Shown here: piece after piece, positions 17,357 to 26,799 of the stretch | Layout of the letters: every line of letters begins with the position of its first letter | Numbering within the stretch: the first letter of the stretch is position 1 | NCBI GenBank assembly: GCA_018208355.1 | Contig: CP062796.1 | Coordinates: 1,918,517-1,982,516, forward strand | Length of the DNA stretch: 64,000 nucleotides | Source: Candidatus Fermentithermobacillus carboniphilus | GTDB lineage: Bacteria; Bacillota; Sulfobacillia; Fermentithermobacillales; Fermentithermobacillaceae | Reading direction: 5' to 3' | Notes under the pieces: generated by a model | Told to the model about the DNA's origin: nothing | Database searches by the model: none | Seen by the model: only the letters and a program-made list of their open reading frames with translations | Position numbers and translations under genes: made by a program

Positions 17357-17662
17357 ATGCTAGTAGGTTTACCGACCGTGGAAAGAGTGCTTACTGTTTC
17401 CGAGGTAGCAGAACGTCTCTCTGTTCACCCTAAAACGGTCTATAACATGCTGGAGCGGGGTGAACTCAGGGGGGTTAAGGTCGGACGGGTATGGCGCGTA
17501 CCGTCCGAAGAGTTGGAAGTCTTCTTGCGCGGCGGCAGGGCTGCTTGTGAAGAGCGACCTCTTCTGCGAGAGTACACGCGGAGGGAAATCCGTCGGTTTC
17601 TCGCGGCGGACAAGGTGGACGAAGAAACAATGCGCAAAGTGGAGCAACTGCTCTGCCAATGA
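17357..17662 (+). CDS. Excisionase/MerR-type HTH DNA-binding protein (putative antitoxin)
   Basis: LTVSEVAERLSVHPKTVYNMLERGELRGVKVGRVWRV is an excisionase-family HTH. Its stop overlaps the start of the PIN gene. Confidence 0.6.
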   Translation: MLVGLPTVERVLTVSEVAERLSVHPKTVYNMLERGELRGVKVGRVWRVPSEELEVFLRGGRAACEERPLLREYTRREIRRFLAADKVDEETMRKVEQLLCQ

Positions 17663-18120
17663 AACGCGTCTTTCTGGATGCGAGTTGCTGGGTCGCAGCT
17701 GCGGGTTCAGCTACCGTCGGCTCCTCACTCATCCTGAAGCTTGCTCGCGCCAGCCACGTTCGCTTGGTAGCGACCAGGCGGGTGCTCCAGGAGGCGGAAT
17801 ACAACATCCGGACCAAAATGGGGGAGGAATCCCTCCTCCGCTATTATCAGCTGCTGGGCTCGGTCGAGCTGGAGTTGGTTTCCCCGGTCACCTCGGAGGA
17901 GGAAGCGAAGTGGTTGAGCCTGGTCACCCCAAAAGATGCACACGTGCTAGCCGGGGCAGCCAAGGCAAAGGCCGACGTCTTGATTTCCCTGGACCGGCGC
18001 CACATCCTGACCGAACGTGCCCGCGAAGGATTTCCCATCCCAGTCCAGGACACGGGAGAATTTCTGCGGGGCATAGCTGAGAAGGTCGAATCACAACGGA
18101 GAGATTGTGGGGAGCCGTGA
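17659..18120 (+). CDS. PIN-domain protein (putative toxin of an HTH-PIN toxin-antitoxin pair)
   Basis: MKRVFLDASCWVAAAG...VLISLDRRHIL pattern with conserved acidic residues. Coupled to the upstream HTH gene. Confidence 0.65.
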   Translation: MKRVFLDASCWVAAAGSATVGSSLILKLARASHVRLVATRRVLQEAEYNIRTKMGEESLLRYYQLLGSVELELVSPVTSEEEAKWLSLVTPKDAHVLAGAAKAKADVLISLDRRHILTERAREGFPIPVQDTGEFLRGIAEKVESQRRDCGEP

Positions 18121-18161
18121 AGCAGCTGAAATCGATGGTTGTTCCCTGATTTGGTTATGCT

Positions 18162-18850
18162 GTAAGCGTCAAATGGTCCCCACATTGCAGGAAAAACTGC
18201 AGCGGGTTTGATGTGGGCATTCGAAGAGAAACAGGATAACTAGGCTTGCTGATTTACCCTGCAATAGTCGGGTAGAGAGTCCGACCACGGCTGCAGCTCG
18301 TCCAGATCGCCGTCTCCGAGGTTCGGCAGCTTTTCAAAGAGGTACTTCAAGTATTCGAACGGAATCAATCCGTTTTCTTTGGCTGTCTCCACAATGCTGT
18401 GGACAATGGAACTGGCCCTGGCACCTTTTGGCGTGTTACAGAACAGCCAGCCCTTCCGGCCTATCACGAACGGTTTGATTGAACGTTCGCAGCGGTTATT
18501 GTCGATCTCAAGCCTTCCGTCCAACAGGAAACGTTCAAGTTTGCTCCACTGGCTCTGGCAATACTTTATGGCCTGACCCAGTAGGCTCTGAGGCAGCACT
18601 CTGGACGACTGAGTCTTCAGCCAGGCTGAGAAAGCATCCAGAACAGGGCGGCTTCGTTCCAGCCGCGCCATGTATCGCTCTTCTGGACCAACATCGCTCA
18701 AGTCGCGTTCTATGGCAAAGAGCTCGTTGCAGAAGTTAAGCCCCTCCAAGGCAGTGGTTGGAGATGCCCGCTTGTCGGCTGGCAGTACGTTCAGTGCATC
18801 GTTGAACTTCCGCATCCCCGGAGCAACGTCACCAGGGCTGAAATGGCTAC
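18162..18850 (-). mobile_element. IS66-family remnant: intact terminal end (GTAAGCGTC...) plus only the C-terminal ~190 aa of the TnpC transposase (ORF 18240-18815). 5'-truncated.
   Basis: The ORF has IS66 TnpC C-terminal motifs (IDNNRCERSIKPFVIGRKGWLFCNTPKGARASSIVHSIVETAKENGLIPFEYL). GTAAGCG, typical of IS66 terminal inverted repeats, sits ~75 bp beyond the stop. Confidence 0.65.
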
Positions 18851-19265
18851 CATCTTGTATAGGATGCTAACGGGGGCGTTAAGTCATGGCCGTTGCCCCG
18901 CTTAGGCAAGTTGTTATTGGTGGAGTTGTAAGACTATAAGAACGCAAAGTGACCCGCCAATACAACCCTTATCAGATCCGAACTGTAATTCACAGCTTTG
19001 GTGTTGTCTTGCCCTCGTTGCCGGTTGTTTCCCGACTCTTCGCTCTCCGGTGAAACCGAAAACGTCTACATTTTGGACAGTATATGAAGATCACGCCCGG
19101 GAACAGGTGAATCGGAAAGTACATTTCCATATGAGATACTTCTCGATTGTATCCGCATACCTTACACGCTACTCTCGGCATAGTCACCACCCTTTCACAT
19201 ATCATTATAATGTAAGCATCACACTGTGCACACCTGGCGTCCCCATCAGACCTGAAGGATAATCT

Positions 19266-19397
19266 CCTCGAAACATCAATCGGGGAAGTTTTACTGTGAC
19301 CAAGGCTGAACAGCAACAGCGGCGTCAGGAATGGGAGAGGCGTATCGCTGAGTACCAAGCCAGCGGGCAGAGCGTTAAGGATTGGTGTGCTGCAAAC
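19266..19397 (+). pseudogene. IS66-family TnpA (OrfA) N-terminal fragment, truncated by the adjacent IS110-derived segment
   Basis: Translation VTKAEQQQRRQEWERRIAEYQASGQSVKDWCAANG matches the W..I..W..SG.S...C pattern of IS66 OrfA N-termini. The reading frame then runs into unrelated IS110 sequence and stops. Confidence 0.35.
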
Positions 19398-19846
19398 GGT
19401 TTTCGCCCTGCAGCAGGCGGTGAAGCGCTTCGTGTTTGAGGTACGCATTTGCTTGCGCCTGGGTGGCTATAGCTCCGGCACCTGCCAGTGCCAAGATGTA
19501 CCTGTTGCCCACTACTGGTCTGCAGGTGGTGATGGCTACACCGACTTCGAGATTGCTCTGGTCCACTGCGAGAATTGAGAAAGTGGAATCAATTGATTGT
19601 TCATGCACCATTCTTTTCCCTCCGGTTCAAGGGTTGTACGTTAGCAGTGGTCGTACTATGGGTCAGCAGTAGCGAGATTCTAGCGGCGAAAGAACTGGAT
19701 AGTTGGTTCTATTGGGGTATATTTCTTATGGAAGATTTCCTGCAGCGGGAAGAGAGGCGCGAGAAGAAATCCGGATTGCCGCTGACCCGTTATTTCTTCT
19801 CTGAGAAGGAGGCACGTTAATCACGTTTTGCTGTCATTTTGTTGTC
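19398..19846 (+). mobile_element. Solo 3'-end copy of the IS110-family element found complete at ~26800-28573 (~95% identical to 28124-28573)
   Basis: A direct read of both regions shows about 20 differences over ~450 bp. The copy covers the last ~45 codons of the transposase plus the whole ~315-bp 3' non-coding region. Both copies end at the identical GTTTTGCTGTCATTTTG(T/C)TGTC. Confidence 0.65.
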
Positions 19847-19849
19847 TCA

Positions 19850-20202
19850 AAAGAGTGATATCAACGGCTTGCGACGTGATATCGGCCTACGCAAAACTTA
19901 ACAAAGTCCAGCTGGAATTTCGTTGTCCGGAGGTTGTTCCGCCCGTTTGGGGAGATGAGGACCAACTGATTCACGCGTTCCTGAACCTTTTTCTCAACGG
20001 CATCCAGGCCATGCCTTCTGGCGGAAAACTCCTGATCGAGCTGGCCAGGAAATCTGGAGCCAGGTACATCCATATCTTCGTGACAGACTCCGGGGTTGGC
20101 ATACCTCTCGAGCACAGGGACCGGCTCTTCGACATGTTTTTCACCACAAAAACCGGCGGGACCGGACTTGGATTGCCTGCTAATCTACCCGAAGTGAGAT
20201 AG
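19850..20202 (+). pseudogene. Sensor histidine kinase C-terminal (HATPase_c) fragment. The gene's 5' part was replaced by IS sequence.
   Basis: N-box (HAFLNLFLNGIQA), G1 (VTDSGVGIP) and G2 (TKTGGTGLGL) motifs are present. There is no HisKA or sensor domain. It starts immediately at the IS110 right end. Confidence 0.6.
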
Positions 20203-20393
20203 CTCGTGTAATGAAGATATAGCGCAGATAAACCCGGGCTGCTATACTCATCTGTAACATGACCCCGGCTAAAAAGGGTAGCCCATGTTCGTAAGGCCTA
20301 AGATGGTAATAGATGGTTTTTAGCCATATTTCACATGAATGGGGGTGGTTTTAATCAGGAGAGAGCGCTTCGACCAAAGATTTTGCCATCGAA

Positions 20394-20738
20394 ATGGTAG
20401 GAGAAGGAAAAAGTAAGGAATACATAGGGAATATAAGCCTCATGAACATCGACTGGTTTTCGGGCACTGCAGAACTGGGTATTTTCATTGGGAACAAAGA
20501 TTACTGGGGCAAGGGATACGGAAGTGATGCCATAAGAACGGTTTTGCGCTTCGCTTTTCTCCAACTGGGCCTGAGAAAAGTATTTTTGCGGGTGATGGGG
20601 AGCAATTTTCGGGCGCAAAGGTGTTACAGAAAAGTGGGATTTAAAGAGGTAGGAAGGATGAAGGCACATCTCCTAAAAAACGGAGAATATGAAGATATGG
20701 TACTTATGGAGACCTTTAAAGAAGAGTTTGCTACTTAG
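20394..20738 (+). pseudogene. GNAT (RimL/RimJ-type) N-acetyltransferase lacking its N-terminal ~60 aa
   Basis: The ORF contains only motif A/B (IGNISLMNIDW...GIFIGNKDYWGKGYGSDAIRTVLRFAF...LRVMGSNFRAQRCYRKVGF). A possible N-terminal piece (MNGGGFNQERALRPKILPSKW) lies in another frame just upstream, consistent with a frameshift or deletion. Confidence 0.55.
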
Positions 20739-20794
20739 CCCCGTTGCGTCCGCGTTTTCCTTTGCCTTCCTCCGGCGCTGCCGCAGGTGCGGGT

Positions 20795-22159
20795 TTACGA
20801 GTTTAACTTTAGCCTGCGTGCTTTTTTCCTTATTGCTTCAATAATAGGAGGAAGCACCTGCTTTTTTCTGGACACGACTGCGTCCAAGAAGAAATGCGTT
20901 CTGCTTTTGACAGCGAATGCCTCCTGGATAAGGGAGGGATCCTGACTGTGCCAAAGGATTAGTGATCCGCTGGCTTGCACATCCGTGAGCATCATCACGA
21001 GCAAGTCGTAACGCCCGTCTTCCGCGAGGTTGGCCATCTCTTCCTGGACCTGTCTAATCACATCAGGCGGCACAGTACCATGTACCATGGTTTGACCTAT
21101 TCCCAGTTTCAAGCCCTCTATGTGGTATTCTTTAAAGTCTGAACGTATGATGTCCCTGGGATTCATCCCATCAATATTAGATCCGGCTGTCAGCATTTCT
21201 CTCCAGAGGTCTTCCAGACATATTCCAGCCCGTTCTGCCAAACTTCTTGCCTGGAAGATATCCTGTTCTGTGGTGGTTGGCGAACGGAAAGCCAGGGTAT
21301 CAGATAGTATGCCTGCACACAAAAGCCCGGCTGATTCTGGCCGCAGCGTAAGCCTTTTATCGGAAGCCATCTTCCCGATTATGGTCGACGTGGATCCGCA
21401 GGGATAGTTAACAAACATAATTGGCTGATCTGTCTGGACCGGGTTTATCCTGTGGTGATCAATGATCTCGAGGATCTTTGCTTCCCCGAGCCCTTCAACA
21501 GCCTGACTTAATTCATTGTGATCTACGAGGATGAACCACTTGCTTGGCCTTTCCAGCAGATGTTTCCTTCTCATGATGCCAAGGGGCTGCCCGTGTTCAT
21601 CTATTACCGGGAACTGCTTGTAATCAAAAACCCTCATTACTTCCTGAACTTCACTTATGGGATCATCAAGAGTGAAAGTTTTGATATCCTGGTCCTCCGT
21701 GAAAACGCCTGCGGCAACTTCCAAAGGTACGCGTTTTCCACTGCGTTTGCTGTCCTCGAATTCGCTTTCATCCAGGGGTAAACGCGAAAGAACTTCTCTG
21801 GCTATGTCGCCCGTCGTTACTATGCCGCAAAGTTTATTATCGTCGTCTACGACGCACACGCACTTAGCGTTTGCTTTCTTCATTACCTGCCAGCATTGAA
21901 AAAGAGATTCTTCCTTTCTCACGGTGATCGCTGGGTCTAAAGAAGCGTCTTTAACCTGGGGGTAAGCATTTTGGATTAATAGTGGAACATCAAAGCCGAA
22001 TTTCTTCAGAACATATGAAGTCTCCCCGTTAACAGGTCCAATTCGAACGGGTTGGGCAGAACACCCGGGTTCCAAAAGATTTTTGATTTCCGCATATACT
22101 ATGGCAGAAACTATTGAATCGCAATCTGGGTTTCTATGACCTACCACATATACAGGCAT
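20795..22159 (-). CDS. CBS-domain-containing manganese-dependent inorganic pyrophosphatase (DHH-CBS-CBS-DHHA2)
   Basis: DHH motifs (VVGHRNPDCDSIVSAIVYAE, LVDHNE, DHH), tandem CBS domains in the middle and a DHHA2 C-terminal region (GSTSTIIG). Start at the internal ATG 22159 with an AGGTGA ribosome-binding site. Confidence 0.8.
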   Translation of the reverse strand: MPVYVVGHRNPDCDSIVSAIVYAEIKNLLEPGCSAQPVRIGPVNGETSYVLKKFGFDVPLLIQNAYPQVKDASLDPAITVRKEESLFQCWQVMKKANAKCVCVVDDDNKLCGIVTTGDIAREVLSRLPLDESEFEDSKRSGKRVPLEVAAGVFTEDQDIKTFTLDDPISEVQEVMRVFDYKQFPVIDEHGQPLGIMRRKHLLERPSKWFILVDHNELSQAVEGLGEAKILEIIDHHRINPVQTDQPIMFVNYPCGSTSTIIGKMASDKRLTLRPESAGLLCAGILSDTLAFRSPTTTEQDIFQARSLAERAGICLEDLWREMLTAGSNIDGMNPRDIIRSDFKEYHIEGLKLGIGQTMVHGTVPPDVIRQVQEEMANLAEDGRYDLLVMMLTDVQASGSLILWHSQDPSLIQEAFAVKSRTHFFLDAVVSRKKQVLPPIIEAIRKKARRLKLNS

Positions 22160-22235
22160 TTTGATCACCTGAGGAGCTGTTTCTTCGAGATTATACCGAA
22201 AAAGTGCGCATAAAAGCAAAGTATGTGATTTCCTC

Positions 22236-23314
22236 TGTTACGGGACAGTGATATTGTCACCCTGTAACGGGACAGAGAAAATGTCACCATGGCGAGAGGA
22301 GACATTTCCTTGAACCCTAAGGAATACATCACGGAACAAGTGCTAGAAGGAAACCTAACGATCAAGCAGGCAGCAGAAATGCTCCAGCTCAGCGAGCAGC
22401 AGGTGAAACGGTTGAAGAAGGGGATGAAAGAAGAAGGGGTAGCAGCCCTGGCACATAAGAACAGAGGCCGCACCCCAAAACATGCCATATCCAAGGATAT
22501 CAGAGATATGGTCTGCTTGCTAGCAACGGGCATTTGCAAAGGTGCCAGCGCGAACCATATGGCCGAGTTGCTCACCGAAAATCACGGCATAAAGATATCC
22601 GCAAAATCGGTCATACGTATCTTGAGGTCAGCTGGGATAATCCCTGAGCCCAAGAAACAGCGCAGGCACCGCAAGGCACGCGAGCGCGCTCCTCAAGAAG
22701 GTCTTCTGGTCCAGATTGACGCCAGCCCATGTAATTGGCTAGAGGGCCGATGTCCTGAGCTTTCTCTGCACGGGGCAATAGATGATGCCACTGGTAAGAT
22801 ACTGGGCCTTTATTTCAGACCGGAGGAAGATCTACGCGGATACTTCGAGGTACTCATGCAGGTGGTGCAGCGGAATGGCGTCCCTAGATGCGTCTACAGC
22901 GATCGTCACACCATCTTCGTGTCGCCCAACAAGGACAAACTGACCATAGAGGAAGAACTAGAGGGCAAAACGGTCAATCTGACCCAGTTTGGAACTGCGT
23001 TGAATGAGCTGGGTATCTCGCATATCCAGGCAAGGTCCCCTGAGGCAAAAGGCCGTATCGAGAGGCTGCCCAACGCGGTCACAAACCTTCCCCAGACCAT
23101 CCATGGCTTCGCTTCTCGCTGCGTAAACCAGACCCAGACCCTATATCCGACTACTTCAGCAGCCATGCAAACAGGCACCTGGACCCCTCTGCAACCCTTA
23201 ATTCGTGGAAACACGGGGGCAGTTAACACTGCCCCCATCACATAACTAACAAGGAAGGTGACATTTTCACTGTCTCATAAACGTCCAAAAGGGGTGACAA
23301 AATCACTGTCCCTT
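22236..23314 (+). mobile_element. Small insertion sequence with imperfect terminal inverted repeats, each end carrying two copies of a ~21-27-bp motif (GGGACAGTGATATTGTCACCC). Encodes a degenerate rve-type (ISNCY/IS481-like) transposase (22289-23245).
   Basis: Left end GGGACAGTGATATTGTCACCC (22242-22262) plus a second copy GGGACAGAGAAAATGTCACC. Right end GGGGTGACAAAATCACTGTCCC (23291-23312) plus an inner copy GGTGACATTTTCACTGTCTC. The transposase has an HTH N-terminus and a DDE core (QIDASP...VYSDRHTIF...SPEAKGRIERL), but the C-terminus after ERL no longer looks transposase-like. The whole element is only ~1.08 kb. Confidence 0.6.
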
Positions 23315-23624
23315 GACAGAGAGAAGCCTAACCGTACAAGAAAGTACTTAACCGGGTGCTGAGTATGCGGGTTACCGCAGTGGTACCTTGTCCGTGCTAC
23401 CTTGCAGCCGGAAGACGGCGTGGGTTAGCCCATGATGGTGCTATGTAGCACCGCCGACCCTCGCACCCAAACCGCATCGATCTGCGGGTCGGCCCGTCGT
23501 GCCAGTCCGTGCACCGCGCGCCAGACGTCCCGGAACACCCTAAATGCCTTCCTACCGGATTCGACGATAGTCAGGCTGGATGCGGCCAGCCATCCCCGGC
23601 CGACAAACATCGCCCGAGGCAGCG

Positions 23625-24662
23625 TTATCCTGCCGCTTTATTGTAAGGATGCTGCTTGTCCTTGGCGGGCGACTTTCGCGACAGGTCTTCCCACTTTCCG
23701 CACCTTGAGCCCCACCGGGTCACGGGAGAGCCGTCTATCAGGATCTCTTGCACCTCGCACGAGTTGGCGCAGTCTTCGCAGATGAACCCGCGACTTTCGG
23801 CCGAGAATGAAGCCACGGTGCTGACTCCCCTGAAGTTACTCCGGGCGCCTGTCTCAAGCCACCTTTCTCGGGCGAACAGAGCTGCCCCGAGAGCTCCCAT
23901 GACCTTGAAATGAGGCGGCACCGTCACCTTCATGTCGATCTTCGTCTCAAGGGCCCACCGCATACCGACATTGGCGGCCACTCCTCCCTGAAACAGGACG
24001 CGGGGACGTATTGGCTGACCTCGTGCCACGTTGGTTATTAAGTTGGTGGCAAGGGCCATGCACAACCCCGCGATGAGATCTTCTTTTCTGTACCCCATCT
24101 GCTGCTTGTGGATCAGGTCCGATTTGGCAAACACGCCGCAGCGGCCCGCGATCCTCGCTGGCGACGACGACCTGAGGGCCCACTCGCCAAACTGTTCAAT
24201 TGGGATACCGGGGCGCGAAGCCTGATGGTCCAGGAACGATCCGGTGCCGGCGGTGCACACCATGTTCATGTTAAAGCTCACAGGGTATCCGTCCTTAAAG
24301 AATATGACTTTAGAATCCTGCCCGCCTATGTCAATGACGGTACCTACATCCGGAAACAGGAAAGACGCAGCCCGGGCGTGGGCCGAGATCTCATTCTTGA
24401 CGACATCGGCCCCGACGATGACCCGCGCCAGCTCCCTCCCCGAACCGGTGGTCCCGACCATGCGGATGGATTCGGTCAGACCCGCTGCTAGCAGGTGTCT
24501 GAAGCTCTCCTGAACGGCCCAGATCGGGCCCCCATGGTTGCGTATGTAGTCCTCAAACACGATGCTGCCGTTATCGGCTATGAGCACGAGCTTGGTCGTG
24601 AGGCTCCCTACATCTATGCCAAGGAAGCCATCCTTCGGTGGGGAAGATTGTGCCATGTTCAT
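23625..24662 (-). CDS. BadF/BadG/BcrA/BcrD-type ATPase (acyl-CoA dehydratase activase-like, YjiL-like). Start at MNMAQ, overlapping the upstream stop (ATGA).
   Basis: ASKHA-fold motifs: GIDVGSLTTKLVLI, DIGGQDSKVI, CTAGTGSFLD and GGVAANVGMRWALE. Confidence 0.75.
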   Translation of the reverse strand: MNMAQSSPPKDGFLGIDVGSLTTKLVLIADNGSIVFEDYIRNHGGPIWAVQESFRHLLAAGLTESIRMVGTTGSGRELARVIVGADVVKNEISAHARAASFLFPDVGTVIDIGGQDSKVIFFKDGYPVSFNMNMVCTAGTGSFLDHQASRPGIPIEQFGEWALRSSSPARIAGRCGVFAKSDLIHKQQMGYRKEDLIAGLCMALATNLITNVARGQPIRPRVLFQGGVAANVGMRWALETKIDMKVTVPPHFKVMGALGAALFARERWLETGARSNFRGVSTVASFSAESRGFICEDCANSCEVQEILIDGSPVTRWGSRCGKWEDLSRKSPAKDKQHPYNKAAG

Positions 24663-26092
24663 AGCCGCTTTTTCCTCCTTCCTGACAGCAACTCGCAGAA
24701 TGCCTCCAGCCTCGTCATGAGCCCCGCCAATCCCGTCTGCTCTGACACCGCCAGCGAGAGGACAGGTATATCTAGGTCGTTGGAAACCTTTACCAGTATG
24801 TTCTGAGCCACTATCTCCGGCATGCATGTGAAAGGAAAAACGTGAATCACTCCGTCCATACCTCTCCTGCTGGCCAGCACGGTTTCTCCCACGGTTTCCT
24901 GCCCGTGGCCGCCGACGGAAACGGGAATATAGCGTCCCGCGGCTCGGATAACCTCGAAGCGTTCCCATAGAGCCCGGGGAGTCTTCAACAGATGAGCGCC
25001 AACCCAGTTCGAGACATTGAGCCTCCTGTACACTCTCACCCGCGTATCGAGTGACCCCAAGACCTTCTCGATATCCCTATTGGCAAACGGCTCGTTGACG
25101 ACATAGATCTCACCGACCAGTGCTACCCTGAGGGGTTCTCCCGGATGAGTCCACAACTTTTTCATATCCCGCACGAACTCGGTGTAAACTGCCTCAACGC
25201 TCCTCATGTCAGTCGCAGCCTGAACCCCCGAAAGAAATTGCCTGTAGCGCCTGTCCCCAGCTCCTCTTTCCTCCTCCCGCGCGCGAGTCTCCCTGAGGAT
25301 GTCCTCGGCCCTGTCAAGCACGGCGAGTTTCTTCACGGCCAGCGATATTGCCCTGACCAGGGCACCGATCCTCGGGCTTCCTATCGCTTCCCTGACCACC
25401 TGCAGGAACCTCTCGCCCTTTTCCCTCCAGGGCAGCGGCGAATCAACCGCAAGGATCTTCACCCTGTATCCTGCACGGTGAAGTATCTGCTCCATGATCT
25501 GGGCATACCAGCCAAGGCGGCACCTGCCCTTCCCCTGGACCATCAGTATCCGGTCGACGCCTTTCTGGATGAGGCTCCTTATCTGGCCGAGCAAAGTCAC
25601 CATCGGATAACAGATGAACTCAGGGGCAAGTTCCCGGCCTAGGCTCACTACTCCATCTGATAGGGGTTCTGGCTCGACGACTCGGGTGCCAAGCTCTCGC
25701 AGCATCGACGTCACAGGGATCCTGAGGGTACCCATATCTACGATGCCCAGGACCCGACCACCTGAACCGCCAGCCCAGCCGCCGCTGTGCAGGGAGTTCA
25801 GGCCCGCGAGGACCGCCTCCCCGACGCCTTCTACCGCCGGACGGCCCGGGTTCAGGTCCCCCGGAGCAGACGGACCCGCGGATGGGCCCGAGGCGATCAA
25901 CTTCCCGAAGGCGTGTGCCTGCTTTAGGGATAGGTCCATGAATACCTCGAGACGGGTCAACAGGCCGGCTTCTCCCGTGTGTTCGTCGACTACCAGGCTG
26001 ATGAACGGTATCCCGTTATCCTCCGCCGCCTGTGCTATGTAGCTCTCTATAACCGATGCTGGACCGCACGAAAATGCCGACACCATTATCAT
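24659..26092 (-). CDS. Acyl-CoA dehydratase activase-related/HgdB-YjiM-like protein (C-terminal part of a DUF2229-type protein). Start taken at MIMVSAF.
   Basis: Repeated F.C.P-type motifs (MVSAFSCGPASV... and VIHVFPFTCMPEIVAQN) characteristic of DUF2229/CoA-enzyme-activase-associated proteins. The N-terminal 118 aa of the track ORF overlap the next gene and look spurious. Confidence 0.55.
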   Translation of the reverse strand: MIMVSAFSCGPASVIESYIAQAAEDNGIPFISLVVDEHTGEAGLLTRLEVFMDLSLKQAHAFGKLIASGPSAGPSAPGDLNPGRPAVEGVGEAVLAGLNSLHSGGWAGGSGGRVLGIVDMGTLRIPVTSMLRELGTRVVEPEPLSDGVVSLGRELAPEFICYPMVTLLGQIRSLIQKGVDRILMVQGKGRCRLGWYAQIMEQILHRAGYRVKILAVDSPLPWREKGERFLQVVREAIGSPRIGALVRAISLAVKKLAVLDRAEDILRETRAREEERGAGDRRYRQFLSGVQAATDMRSVEAVYTEFVRDMKKLWTHPGEPLRVALVGEIYVVNEPFANRDIEKVLGSLDTRVRVYRRLNVSNWVGAHLLKTPRALWERFEVIRAAGRYIPVSVGGHGQETVGETVLASRRGMDGVIHVFPFTCMPEIVAQNILVKVSNDLDIPVLSLAVSEQTGLAGLMTRLEAFCELLSGRRKKRL

Positions 26093-26112
26093 GCGGCGTA
26101 TCTTCCTGGTCT

Positions 26113-26775
26113 TCAGCAGATGAAGGGCAGAACCCAGTATGTGCCCCTCGATGGACCAGAGTTCTCGCCCTCGAATATGTCCCGCAGGTACTGTCGGCTT
26201 GCCTCCTCGGGTACCATTTCTGGAAGGATGACAGGGCCGTAAACCGATACTGTTCGAACTACCGTCCTCCCGAAGATGTCGTGCAGCACGTACGCATGCC
26301 CCAGGACAGCTGTGGCATCGTCCCCGGCGGCCCGGAGTGTGTTGCTCTCGGGGAAGTTCCGAAGATTCCGGAGAAGGCAGGCAGAGTCCGCACCTACCGC
26401 AACATCTCGCCCTTCGACGTAATCCGCTATGCAGCCGCATCCGCATGCCATGGCGATCACCGGATTTATGATCTGGTCCTCAGGAAGCCCGAGTCCGGCC
26501 TTCAGCATTGAGGCCAGGCCGATCATCTTGGGGCAGCAGTAGTTTTCCGGCGATATGGATACAGGGGTCGGAAGGAAGATGGCGTCCGCGCCGCAGTCGG
26601 TCAGCAGTTTCCTGGCGTGAGGAAAAGCGATCTTCACTGATATGCAGGGTTCGTCCGTGGGGCACAGCGTGAGCTGTTCAAGGTCCTTTGCGCTGGACGG
26701 AGGGCTTTCGACGAATTCAACTCCCAATTGGCTGAGAAATGTCCGATACAGCGGGAACAGGTAGTAGACTGTCAT
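26113..26775 (-). CDS. DUF2229 N-terminal domain protein (possibly the N-terminal half of a gene split from 24659-26092)
   Basis: MTVYYLFPLYRTFLSQLGVEFVESPP...CISVKIAFPHARKLL...AIFLPTPVSI matches the DUF2229 N-terminus. The ORF ends 20 nt before the next ORF's likely start in a different frame. Confidence 0.5.
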   Translation of the reverse strand: MTVYYLFPLYRTFLSQLGVEFVESPPSSAKDLEQLTLCPTDEPCISVKIAFPHARKLLTDCGADAIFLPTPVSISPENYCCPKMIGLASMLKAGLGLPEDQIINPVIAMACGCGCIADYVEGRDVAVGADSACLLRNLRNFPESNTLRAAGDDATAVLGHAYVLHDIFGRTVVRTVSVYGPVILPEMVPEEASRQYLRDIFEGENSGPSRGTYWVLPFIC

Positions 26776-26799
26776 CCACCACCCATTGCAGCGTTCGGT

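Noticed and set aside
18990-19448. 152-aa minus-strand ORF with a CxxC...CxxC zinc-ribbon-like pattern
   Set aside because: Its 5' part overlaps the IS66 OrfA stub and the IS110-derived segment. It has no ribosome-binding site and an odd composition. It is most likely a chance ORF across junk or IS-junction DNA.
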